From contig OZ024740.1 in NCBI GenBank assembly GCA_964016885.1, positions 302,374,001-302,438,000 of the forward strand: a stretch of 64,000 bases of DNA, given 5' to 3'. The position numbers were made by a program, and so were the translations under genes. This document shows positions 1 to 11,469 of this stretch, in pieces (position 1 is the stretch's first letter; each line of letters starts with the position of its first letter). The notes under the pieces were generated by a model, which was given only the letters and a program-made list of their open reading frames with translations, did no database searches and was not told the DNA's origin. The stretch is from Eledone cirrhosa (taxonomy: Eukaryota).

Positions 1-1559
1 GCATATAAGCTCACAATTAGATATCGGAGAAACTGGATATGAAAAAATCGGTTCCAAACGAGTTCAGTACATCAATTATTTGGAAAATAATTCTACCACC
101 TCATAGATAACAACATATTATCGAAACCAGTACTATACACATATAATGTGGAATCTTACAAAGACACTCCTTACACTCTATCTCTATTATGAAATTGTAC
201 TGAATTAACCCACCTGTGGGAACACTATAAATCTGAATCTATCTATAAGGCAAAATAAACAGCTGTAGAACCTACAGACTATGGTTTATGAATTCAGCCA
301 ATTTAATGAAATTAGCATTAGAGGGATACGGAAATAATTGTACAAACTGTGGTGAGTTCATAAAAGTAATTTGAAGCAAACAAAAGGAAATGTATTAGAG
401 CTAGAAGGGGATATGACGAAACCATACAAAAATGATATTTTCTATATGAGAGGGCAATGAAGGAAAATATACAAGCTATAAGCACTGAAGAGGTACAACA
501 AGCCCTTCTCCCGAAAACCATATTGATATATGATTATATATTTTTAAACCTGTACAATCCTTCATTCCACTTCATAACTTTCTTTCAACTATACTGTACG
601 TTTATGTATTTACAGCAGCCCATTGTTATTTTCGAAAATCTATTTTCGCATTCTACCCACTTATAATTAATCCACAAATCAATATTTCTTATGAAAACTT
701 CTTCACAAGCTTGCCTTTTTGAAACATCCACTTTCCTATCTCTCATATCAAGTGTTGGTATTGCTTTTATTCTATCAACACAAACCATAGCTCTACGCTT
801 GATATGACATGGGAAGAAGAAAAAACCTATTTGTTATCGGGTCATTTTTAACGTAAGGCAAATGTCAACTGGAAAAGAAATGAATGAAGACAGCAAAAGA
901 AACAAAATTGCTTTATGTTAAGCCAAATTCAGCTAAGATAGAAAGACAACATAATTTTGTTTCTTCTCGCTAGTATTTCAGATAAGATTTATGAAAGTGA
1001 GTAAAACTTATGTTTTCAGATAGTGTGTGGTTTTGTCATCAGTTTCAACAATTTCCCTCTACCCCTGCCTCGAATAGCAATCTTGAGTTTAATGCCAGTA
1101 CCGCAATTGATTTATATGCTATTTGTGCAGCAGTCTATATGTTAAACACTATCTATCATTCTTACATTCACTAAAATCTACCATAGACATGCTGAGAGGT
1201 AAATCTACCCTTGGCTTTTATGTTTTACTCAAAAATATTAAATATACGGGAACTAAATTTGACGTATATGATATGAGTCTCTAAATGGTCACTTGGCAAG
1301 TTAGAAATGACAGTCATATCTTGCTCTTATTACATTGCCTTAAAAGACGAATATATTAATAATTCAGTATGAACTATAATGTACAAGAAGAAAAACGTAA
1401 AATCTAATCGGGACCAACTTTTGACTAAACAACGAATTGAAGATTAGTAGACCATTTTTTTACTCAATATTCCATCATGATACGTCGTTTTTCCCCCAAA
1501 AGAAATGGTAGTGATGTTTTATTTAACTGTATATTAGAAGTACATGAAATTACAAGCAA

Positions 1560-1875
1560 TATCCTTTAGAATACAGACCCTAGTAAGTCACAAAGTGCTT
1601 GCAACGTTTTTTCCATTGATCGTCGCAGTGATGGATGTCACTTTCTGTGGATGTCATTAGCTTGTCAGTTGCAATTTTTCGTATGTTCTCCAGGTCCCAA
1701 AACGATGACGCTTCATCTTCCATTTCAACTTAAGTAAGGGATAGGAATCACACTGAATTAGATCTGAGCTGTAAGGAGGATGTGGAAGAGTGGGAATGTA
1801 TTTTTGAGCCATAAATGCTTTAATTGAACGTGTTGTATGGACAGGCACATTATTGTGGTGCAGTACCCAATCTCC
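1560..1875 (-). mobile_element. mariner transposase C-terminal remnant
   Basis: The minus strand reads WVLHHNNVPVHT...LPHPPYSSDLIQCDSYPLLKLK...RF, then DQWKKRCKHFV..GLYSKG. This matches the mariner motifs HHDNAPAH, HPPYSPDLAP.D and W..RW..CV...G.YFEG. It has a frameshift and a stop. Confidence 0.9.
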
Positions 1876-1894
1876 CCCAATATTCGTTCGAATT

Positions 1895-2491
1895 CACTGA
1901 CGAAGGACTAATTTTATCATATGTAACCCATGTGCAACCACGCAGTATCCTTCTTTCTTCTCATGTTTTTTATATATATTTACCTCGGGTGTGTTTGTCA
2001 GTTTCTCTCTTACTGCTTCCCCGTTCTCTCTGTTTCTTTCACCTTCTTTCGCCCCCTCTGTCAGTTACACTTTCTCTCGACTGGCCTCTTCCTCGCACTT
2101 CCACTCACTCACTCTCTGTTTCTCCCCTTCTCACTTCCTCCCGTTTGGCTAGTAGTGGGTTCTCTTCTTGCTCACGTCTCACTCACGTCGGACGGTCTGT
2201 ATCTTGATCGCTCATGAAATCCACCCAGCTTATGCTGACCGGATAACCATGTTGCTTGTTTATTCCCATCTTTGCGTTGCTTTCATCCTTCTATGTTGTT
2301 TACTTGTCTCACTCGCTTTACACGATTTACTTGTCCCAATAGCTTTTTTTAGTTATTGCTCGAACCAACCTGAGGTATATGATTTTTAATGCGATGAAAT
2401 ATCAATGATGGTTGGCAAATCACTGACGAAGGACTAATTTTATCATATGTAACCCATGTGCAACCACGCAGTATTCTTCTTTCTTCTCATG

Positions 2492-2503
<12 letters not shown>
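1895..2503 (+). repeat. ~525-bp unit bounded by ~85-bp direct repeats and ending in (TA)n
   Basis: TCACTGACGAAGGACTAATTTT...CTCATGTTTTTTATATATA occurs at ~1895-1978 and ~2420-2503 with about one mismatch. Confidence 0.8.
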
Positions 2504-2541
<38 letters not shown>

Positions 2542-3662
2542 TCCACACAGACAGACATATACATATGGGCCTTCCAATTTCATTTAACATTATATACATG
2601 TCTGTATATATTCGAATTATTTAAAAATTATTTTTAAGTGAACATTATTTTTTAAAGATATTTTTAAGGGAACGTGACCCAACGGGTTACGGCTGCTCTA
2701 GTGTATCATGAAATCAGCGTGATCAATATATCACGCAGCTCTTAGCTCGTACGACGTGGTCCCTCCAACAAATCGATCACCACTATAATACCCTATCTCT
2801 GCCTAGTTGAGGGACATACCGTAAAGAGCAGCATGGAATTAAGAATTGGCTGGTTTTAGTTTGTTAATGGGGTGTTTTTTGTTCTTTTGGGGGCGGCTGA
2901 GCTCTTGCCGTTCCAACAGTGAGCGGCTAACAGGATTAATATTTTGTTTCAGCTCTTTCCAAACACCATCTTTCCAGGAATGGGGTCCTAATTTGATCGA
3001 TGTAATAAAGTAATAAAATCGGTGAAGTATTGCTTGGAGTGAAATAAACCTTTTACAGTGTCCTGCTTGGAGATTGTCTTAATTGAGGTGAATTGAATTC
3101 AAAAGAAATCTGACTGTTAGTGTGCGTATGTGAGTTAGTGTGTGCGTGATTGTATATCTGCAATAAACGAATTATCTTTGGCACTTAGATTCATATATTA
3201 TTCTCCCTGTCGTAATTGTGTGTGTGTGGTATGATGGTGCAGCACGTAGTGTTTTCTCGGTGTTTGTATGTATGTGTGTATTGTATCCGCTCTGTGGTGG
3301 TAAAATACTGTGGTGGATATGGTTAATAATAATCAGATTAGTGTGCACATACGCTAACGCAATCATACGCGTTAACAGGCAGATTGCTCGAGACATACTG
3401 TCGCTCCAATTTAGACAATTACCAAGCAGGACACAAACAACTTTTACAGTGTAACTTTCCTCCCCCGAGCACTACTTCATCTGTTTCTCCTTTTACCTTA
3501 CCTACCAATCAAATTAGAACCCCAAGAGCCGAAAGATGAAATTAATTCAGTTATCTATTCGCCGCCGACATTGCAAGACCTCAATCGTCAAAAAGTAAGG
3601 CTTTAAAATACCTATACACTAATTTCCAAAGTACGTTCCTGCTAGTGTAAACTAGTGACTCC

Positions 3663-3665
<3 letters not shown>

Positions 3666-3725
<60 letters not shown>

Positions 3726-3915
3726 ATATATATATATATATATACAGGGAGAGAGAGAGAGAGAGATAGATAGGCTCAACACTATAAACACAGAGCTGGC
3801 ATATCTAAGAACTGACTAACTGCCTGATGAGGTCATAGCCATTCAATGGCTATCATCGAAATATATAGAGCAGTAAATAAAGGATTATGAGTTCATGCAA
3901 TTGACTTAGGTTTCG

Positions 3916-3973
<58 letters not shown>
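3666..3973. repeat. compound (CT)n/(TA)n/(GA)n microsatellite and a second (TA)n tract, with a short insert between them
   Basis: Direct reading of the sequence. Confidence 0.95.
3819..3874 (+). ncRNA. type I hammerhead ribozyme-like motif with imperfect stem I
   Basis: ACTGC-CTGATGA-[GGTcATAGCCAT tca ATGGCTATcATC]-GAAA-TATA-TA-gaGCAGT. Confidence 0.65.
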
Positions 3974-3977
<4 letters not shown>

Positions 3978-4446
3978 CATATACCAACACACTCGCACGT
4001 GCGCACAGCAACTTATATGAATGAATACATGCTCAGACATACACATACACACATGAATATGCATGTGTATATAAGAACAAACGCAGCCCTACCAATGCAA
4101 TCAAAAATTAACATATGGCCACACACAAACAAATAGGGTCGATGCTTATATACCCATTATCTCACAAAACACAACAAATACTATAATCTTTGTCGGATCG
4201 CCAGTTTGAAGAGCAGATCGATAATGGATTCGGATCTATAACTTAAATGGTTGACACTGAGTCAATCCTCTGTGGGACGCGCGTAATAGTTAGATAGACA
4301 GTAAAAGAATAAATACAGGTAAACGAAACTTCATCGCTTTGAGAAAGCAACACCAAATATCAGACTGGAACATATCAATGAAACAGAACAACAGGAGAAA
4401 TTTTTATTTTGTCTTCATGTTTTTCTATTTTTCTTTTCAGCTTCTA

Positions 4447-4505
4447 GCTGCCTGGTGAGGTCATCACTGTTGCATAACAGTTATCACCGAAATATATATA
4501 ACAGC
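4447..4505 (+). ncRNA. degenerate hammerhead-like motif related to 3819-3874
   Basis: GCTGC-CTGGTGA-[GGTcATcACTGTT gcat AACAGTtATcACC]-GAAA-TATATATAA-CAGC. The core has an A6>G change. Confidence 0.5.
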
Positions 4506-5288
4506 GATTATGTATATGTGAAGTAAATTTAAATTCTAACCTGTTGACTTGTGGAAATCAATCATGAGGCAGCATCAAAATTTATTTCTTTTATTGTCCT
4601 CATTTTTGGTATTATTGCTCCATTACGTAAGAGAAGTGTGAATATGGTCTCTGTAAATATCGTGATGAATAGTGCAATACTTCATGTAGTTTACTGTGGG
4701 AAGATTAAGGTCCAAGTAGGAGATAGATCATGAATTGATGGTAAATGTATGTTGATCTGCTAGCCAAATATGTTACACTTTATTACTCTACATAAGTTAC
4801 TGCGGTGTTTACTTTGAGTTCATAAGGTTTATGTGTTATATATAGCGATAGAAATGTACTTTAAGAAAAAACAGGATGTTATGTGATATAAAATATCGTT
4901 GCATTTTCTCTAAAGTGATTGACTGATGCAAGTATGACGTTATCTGTGTATGCAGCTGTTGGGTTAATTTATGGAGTTTTGTGAGTATTATGAAGAATTT
5001 GTACGGCACATATTTTGTAGTGAATGGAAGCGATGATATATATTGTCATTCACTGCATGCGCCCGAACGTGCCGAAGGAAATATTTCTATGAAAAGTGTA
5101 GTTATAAATACACATACATATATATCTATATACATACACGCATATAGATAAATAGATAGATATACATATATACAGTAATAATAAATACAAAGACCAGAAT
5201 CCAAAGAGGACTCGATAAGGAGTGTATACTGCAGTGCACCTGAGCACTATACACAATAATTTTCACTATTATTATTATTATTGTTGTT

Positions 5289-5506
5289 GGCGGTGGATTG
5301 GCAGTATCGGTGAGAGGGTCGGACGCCAAGATTTGACGCATAGAGTTACGGCCCTTGCCATTCTGAGTTCAAATCCCGCCGAGGTTAACTTTGCCTTTCA
5401 TCCTTTCGGGGTCGATACAATAAAGTACCAGTAATGCACTGGCTAATTGCTGGCCTTGTACCTAAAAGTAGAAACAATTATTATTATTATTGTTATTATT
5501 ATTATT
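5289..5506 (+). mobile_element. tRNA-derived SINE with Meta-type central domain and (ATT)n tail
   Basis: Box B-like GAGTTCAAATCC, central GCCTTTCATCCTTTCGGGGTCGATA..AAGTACC, tail AGAAACA(ATT)n. Several further copies occur in the window. Confidence 0.85.
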
Positions 5507-5713
5507 GGCGACCTACGTAGGAAATCGTATTATCGGGAGTTCCGCAAATATTTGTTGTTTTCAGTTGTTTCAAATTGCCAGTGTTTATAATTGATAAGTG
5601 TTTATAAGTTCACATATATTGCTTTCTGAAAAGGACATTCAATAATATTGGGGCCTTGAGCCCAAAATTTAAACTTTTATAATTATCAAACAAAAACTTT
5701 CTTTGAAAAAAAC

Positions 5714-7678
5714 ATGGACCGCTCTCAGCCACACAAAGCTGACATCCTTCCTAACAGACCAACACCTCCCACCACCACCACCACAACCACCACTACCATT
5801 ATAGACATTACTACGGTTGCCAACAGTAAAAATATAAGCAGTGGCAATAATTTAAATTTGCTACATGCAGACATTCATTTCCCGCCATTACCAATAACTG
5901 CAGGTGTTAAAGACGCCACCCCCACCACCACAATGTCAAAAAGAACAACCAACACCACTGATACCACCACCACCACCAACACCACTACAGCGACAACAGA
6001 AACAAAAAATAAATTATTATCTCGTGACATCGAAATCGATTCATCCAGAATCGACTCTTCGACACCGAACATCACTGACACTACTACCACCTCCACCACA
6101 ACTGAAACTAAAAATAACAATAACAAAAATAACAATAACAACAACAGCAAAAACAACAACAACAACGAGAATAATAACAACACCATCAACACCAGCTCAA
6201 AACAAAATATGTCGTTTACTAAAGCAGCCAAGAAAAGCGAAACAATCAAGGTAAGCCAAGAGAATGGTAAAAAAAGATGGGTACAAGGTCAGACTCTACC
6301 CCACCCACCCTCCTCCTCTAATACAATGGAGCATCGGCTCCTACGCACCGTGTCATATCGGACGATAAACACAAAATCACGCCGAGTGGAACGGGCATCC
6401 GAGATTTGGGACATGTGTGGGCGACAAAAACCCACATCCACGTGGGCGGAAATATGTAACCGTGGACGTGTCCTTTGGAACCCCACAGGAAGCCAGATAG
6501 CACTCCATGGCCACATTAAGAAGTGACGAGTTCACACACTTCCCAAGCTATTGTGGTCAGAGGCTCGTGAAGATCAGGGTGACCCACGTTCCGTCGGCCA
6601 TCGAAATTCTCTGGCTAATGGCTGCCGTCCTCGGCGGCATCGAGGCCAACACGAAAATAATTGAGGTAACAAAAGAAAAGCAGACCAAAACATACATTGA
6701 GGAAATTCCAGAGGTGATAGACCTCAATGACGGCAGCCACCTCACCGTAATCGTTGAGGGTAGAAGGCCTAGGTGTGTCGTTTGTGGCGAAGGAACCCAC
6801 CTAAAGGCTTTCTGCCCTGAAGCTAAAAAGTTGAGGCCACCTATCCTACCTACCCCAGTGACTCAACCATCAACTCCACCAGCAGCAGAAATGGGAGCAA
6901 CAACGGAAACAACTGTAGCAGCAACAACCCCAGTAATTGTAGCAGAAACAGTAACAAAACCAACACTACCACCAACCACCGCGCCAGAATTAGCACCAGC
7001 GCCACCACCATCCACCACGCCACAACCAAAGCCAAAACCTGTGGAGGATTTTTCATTCCCCGACCTATCCCAACTGGATACAGATTGTGACTATGAGGAG
7101 GAGTTGGAAATGGTATCAGGAAAAAGGAAAAAGAAAAAAAGAACCCCCAAAAGAAAGTATCGTCTTCCTTCGCCCTCCAAAAACAAAATGCAAGGGAAAC
7201 AAACAAAAAAGTTAAGATAACTATGTCACCACCCACACCAGCATCTCCAGCCCCAACACCACAAACACCAATACGATCAACCGCATTAACCCCACAACCA
7301 CCATCACCAACACCACAAAAATCACAAAAAAGCGAAACATAATCAAACACACAACAAACGCAAAAAAAACAAAACCAAAACGATACACACTACATAGCAT
7401 TACATTTGAACAACCAATTATTACACTACATCCAACAGAACACCAGCATCACAGAAAAAGACTACACAACACCCAAAAAATTTACACCACCTCCACACAT
7501 ACAAATCATTCGAATCACACAGAAAACGTACACGACACTAAAACAAAAATTCCCCAAGAACATCGGAGACTTCCGACAAACACTCTCCAGGAGGATTTAT
7601 AAGGACATCTTTCCGGAGGAGGCTATAAGCAGTGAGAAGGATGGAGAAACCATCCTTCCTCTACGAGAAGTGAGGTAA
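5714..7678 (+). pseudogene. Tx1 ORF1, frameshifted
   Basis: Pieces 5714-6526, 6507-7220 and 7406-7678 share motifs with ORF1 of T4 (TVSYRTINTKSRRVERA, PSYCGQ, CCHC knuckle, KFP..IGDFR). Confidence 0.85.
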
Positions 7679-7713
7679 GTGGTCCTTCCCATCTTTTTCC
7701 ACTCCTATTCAAC

Positions 7714-10700
7714 ATGACCTCACTCAGAATAGGCAGCATAAATGCGCGTGGCCTGGGGTCGTCATGGAAGCAGGGTCACCTGCTCAACGACCTCAGGTCA
7801 CTAAACATAGATGTGCTGGCCATAAGCGAGACCAGAATCTCCGAAGCATGAGCCTTCTCACCGATCTTCGGTGGCTACGATGTGTACGAATCTCTCAGCC
7901 GTCCTGGATCGGGGGGAAGGAGTTGCTGTGCTTTTTCGGATAGCTTTGGATCTTGCCATACGGGCCATCTTCCTGGACCCAGAATGTAAGTTGGTGGTGT
8001 TGGACGTGACTAGTGGAGACGATCAAGCTTTCAGGCTAGTGGCTGTCTATGCCACGGCAGGAGCAGGGCGGGCTGATTTCTTCCGGCGTCTGGAGAACTT
8101 TCTTGAACGACCCGCTCTTTAGTGTTAGTTGGCGACTGGAACGGGGGCACGCTGGGACTGTATGGTATTAGCGGATAGAGGTGGAGGGTGTAAAAGCCTC
8201 GCAAACCTGCTCAGACTGTTTCAACTGTCTGACAGGTACCGTCTGGATTTCCCGAATGTGCCAATGTGGACATGGACAAACCATATCGTGTCATCCAGAT
8301 CATATCTAGATAGGGTATTTTGTAGGGAAATAGATAGGTCTAGCATAGGCTGTCCACATTTCAAAATAGTCGACTACACGGACCACAAATTCGTGATCTG
8401 TGAGGTTGACTTAGATAGGCTTCATAGACAGGGACCCGGCTACTGGAAGCTAAACGCGTCATTAACAGCGCGCAAGGCTTACAGAGACCGGATTACCGAA
8501 CTAGTTAAGAGGGCGTTGACGGGGCCTATCGTCAACAACAAACGTTAGTTTGCACTGAAAAGAGCGATTAGAATAGAGTCCATTAGGTTCAGTAAGGCAA
8601 TAGAGAAAAATAGAGCAGAGGGAGAACTAGTTAGAAAATTAGACGAGGCGCTTAGTAAAGGCATCGCGACCGACGTACTAGCGGCGAAATTGGCCCTTGA
8701 CCAATTCTTCAATGCAAAGCACGAAGGCTGCGTTGTCAGAGCTAGGGTGCGTGCTCTCAGACACGAGGGGACGAAAGCCGTTCAATGGGCCCGAGTGGCG
8801 GAGGCGCGTCGTGGCAACAAAGCCACGATCTGGTCTTTGGTGGACCACGACGGGCGCATGCTACTCGATCCCGGGCAAATGTGTGAAGCTTTTCAGCGAC
8901 ACTTCGTCAGCTGTTCTGGATCAGCGGCGGGTCGGTTCGAGGGATGGACTTTAGTGCCTACCTCGACGGAGTGCCGCGGCTCACGGCCACTGAGATGGAG
9001 TGTTGCGAAAAGTCGATAACAGCAGCTGAAGTACGGGAGGCAATGACTGGCTGCACAAGGGGTAAATCGCCTTGTTTGGATGGTCTGCCCTATGAATTTT
9101 ACGTACAGATGCCAGATTGTTCGGAGGCCTCTTGGCTGACGTCTACTGCAACTGGCAACAGAGCGGAAGAATTCCCCACTCCGTGAGCCGAGGAGCGGTG
9201 GCGCTGCTGAGAAAGGATCCGAACACAGGGGATAACATACAAATACTTTCAGGGACATAACTCTGCTAAACACAGACTTCAAGATTTTGGCCAAGGTCCT
9301 AGCAAAGAGTTTTGCGCTTATCGTTCGTGGTCTGGTGGGAAAGGCGCAGACATGTGCCATTCCAAACAGATCCATTGACTACAACCTCCACCTCATGCGA
9401 TACATCGTGGAGAGGGTAGCTAGGGAACCAGGCACGGGTGGGTCCTTGATCAATTTTGATCAGTCGAAAGCTTTCGATAGGTACGACCATCGTTATCTGG
9501 CGGCAGTCCTGAGGGTAGCTGGCTTTGGGCCCTTCTTCAGAGGCTGGATCGCTGACGTGCACAGCGACATCTGCTTTCTGGTGAGAGTGAACATTCACCT
9601 TTCGGAACCGTTCAACATGATGCGCTCGATCCGCCAAGGATGTCCCCTCTCGTCCCTCTTGTACGTATTGACTCTAGAGCCATTACTACCAAAACTGGAG
9701 ACGTTGAGGGGGGGGGGGGGGGGCCCGCGCGAACTAGGAAGCGGAAGATCCGTGTCAACATATGCGCACAATGTCACCGTAGTGGCGTCGAACGCCAAAC
9801 ACATCGAGGCGATCAGCACTACACTACGAGAATACGAAGCGGTGACAGGAGCAATGATCAACCAACAAAAGTCGGTGGGCCTACAGCTCGGCACCTGGAG
9901 AGGCAGGTCCATGCCGTCCAACAGTGTCGTCGGGCGTTGGACGGACGGCCCGGTTAAATTGCTAGGTGTGGTTCGGTCCGGACCTCCAGACGGACAAAAA
10001 CTGTGACCAGGTGACGAGATGGTGGCTTCTCTCACCCAGATATGGGCAGAGAGGAAGTTATCCCTGAAAGGTCGAGCGGAGGTGGCGAATGCGTACATCG
10101 CGTCCGTCATCTACTACCGCCTGACCGTCGTGCCTTGTCCTAAGTCTCGCCTGACTGCGCTGGAGCGTTTGCTCTTTCGCTTTTTGTGGAAAGGACGCGC
10201 TCCGATGGTCAGGCGTTCCATCTGCTATCAAAACTCGCTACGTGGAGGGCTGGGCATGCCGTGGCTGATGATGCGCAGGCACGCGCTCAGGCTACGACAT
10301 CTCCACCTCTTCCTCAACGGTAATCAGGTGTGGTCGCCGTTTGCTAGACACGTCTTTCCTCAGCTCGTCTCCTTGACGGAGCTGCAGTCCTGGTTCAAAT
10401 GAAGTCCGAGAGGGAGCGTTTGGAAACTGGAATGTCTTCAGGCGCTCACAGCCCTCGACCAATCGGGCAATGTGATCGGTGGAAACTCCACCTTGGCGTT
10501 TCTTTAGTGGAGGGGAAGAACGAAGACGTACTTGGGGGAACTCTAGGCGTCGACGAAAATCAACTAGCCAATCTCTTCGGAAGAACTTTCAGGCCGGGGC
10601 CTATGGGCAACTTCCAGAAATCCCTGGCCTGGTAGTGCTACCGAGGAGCTTTGTCAGTTCGGGATAAACATTACAGGCATGGAGGTGCCGTCAGCAAGGC

Positions 10701-11091
10701 ATTTCCGAGATGTGCGCAGGGTGACGAAACCGTCCTGCACGCACTCGTCCAGTTTCCGAGCATTGCTGACTTGTGGGTTTATCTCGAACACCTGCTGTCG
10801 CATGTAGGACGGATCCGGCTATCACCTGAGTCCATCGTGAGGATTTCCCCGCCCTCCTCCTTTAGCCAGGAAGGGCAGGCAGTTTGTATCTGTCTGGTGG
10901 CCATGGCGAAAGAGATAGTATGGTTGACGCGTCTGAAAGGGCTGAAGATGAGCACTTACCTCTTCAGTGATGCCCTAATTAACTTTTTCAAATTTCATTT
11001 GGAAAGGATAATCAGGGTTATGAGGGAAGTGCTCTCTTCCCAGCATTTTGGTGAAAGATGGGTGAAAGATGGGCCTACTCTGAGTATGTGA
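7714..11091 (+). pseudogene. Tx1 ORF2 (APE-RT), multiple stops and frameshifts
   Basis: Collinear fragments of the 1139-aa ORF2. The YADD motif has decayed to YAHN. Confidence 0.9.
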
Positions 11092-11376
11092 CTATAAATT
11101 GAAAGTGGCTAACTGGGAGAGGGCACATGCCCTGATGGTCAGGGTCATCGTGGCTTTTTTTAATGGGCTTTCTCCACGAATGTCCCTCGGAAGTCTCCCC
11201 CCTATTGGGGAATTTTTCATTGTTTCTTTTTTTGTTTCATCCTCTGTTTTTTGGGGGGTTTTTTTACACGCAGAAATGCCGATTTGTCCCGTTCTGTATT
11301 GTCCTGTAGAGGCCTGTGCTCTCCTTAATGTCTTACTTTGTGCAAACCCTTGTAGTTAATAAAGAAAGCATTATTA

Positions 11377-11469
11377 AAAGTACCAGTAATGCACTGGGTC
11401 ATTGCTGGCCTTGTGCCTAACGTAGAAACAATTATTATTATTATTATTATTATTATTGTTATTGTTATT
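11377..11469 (+). repeat. SINE 3'-end segment plus (ATT)n tract
   Basis: 11377-11430 matches 5422-5476 with about 5 differences. Confidence 0.8.

Larger units (their letters stand above)
5507..11375 (+). mobile_element. Tx1-clade LINE, full-length but decayed (copy T1)
   Basis: Fragmented ORF1 with zinc knuckle CVVCGEGTHLKAFC. Fragmented ORF2 from the ATG at 7714 (APE, RT, C-terminal domain) is collinear with 37803-41222. The 3' UTR ends AATAAAGAAAGC(ATT)n and the 5' flank is (ATT)n. Confidence 0.93.

Noticed and set aside
1-1550. Possible host exons or pseudogene
   Set aside because: Only short ORFs with frequent stops, and no motif I can recognise.
4420-4510. Splice acceptor TTTTCTTTTCAG suggesting a host exon
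   Set aside because: No supporting ORF or partner exons, and the downstream sequence is better explained as a hammerhead-like relic.
5289-5400. tRNA genes at the SINE heads
   Set aside because: Only A/B-box remnants without a cloverleaf, and they are attached to SINE bodies.
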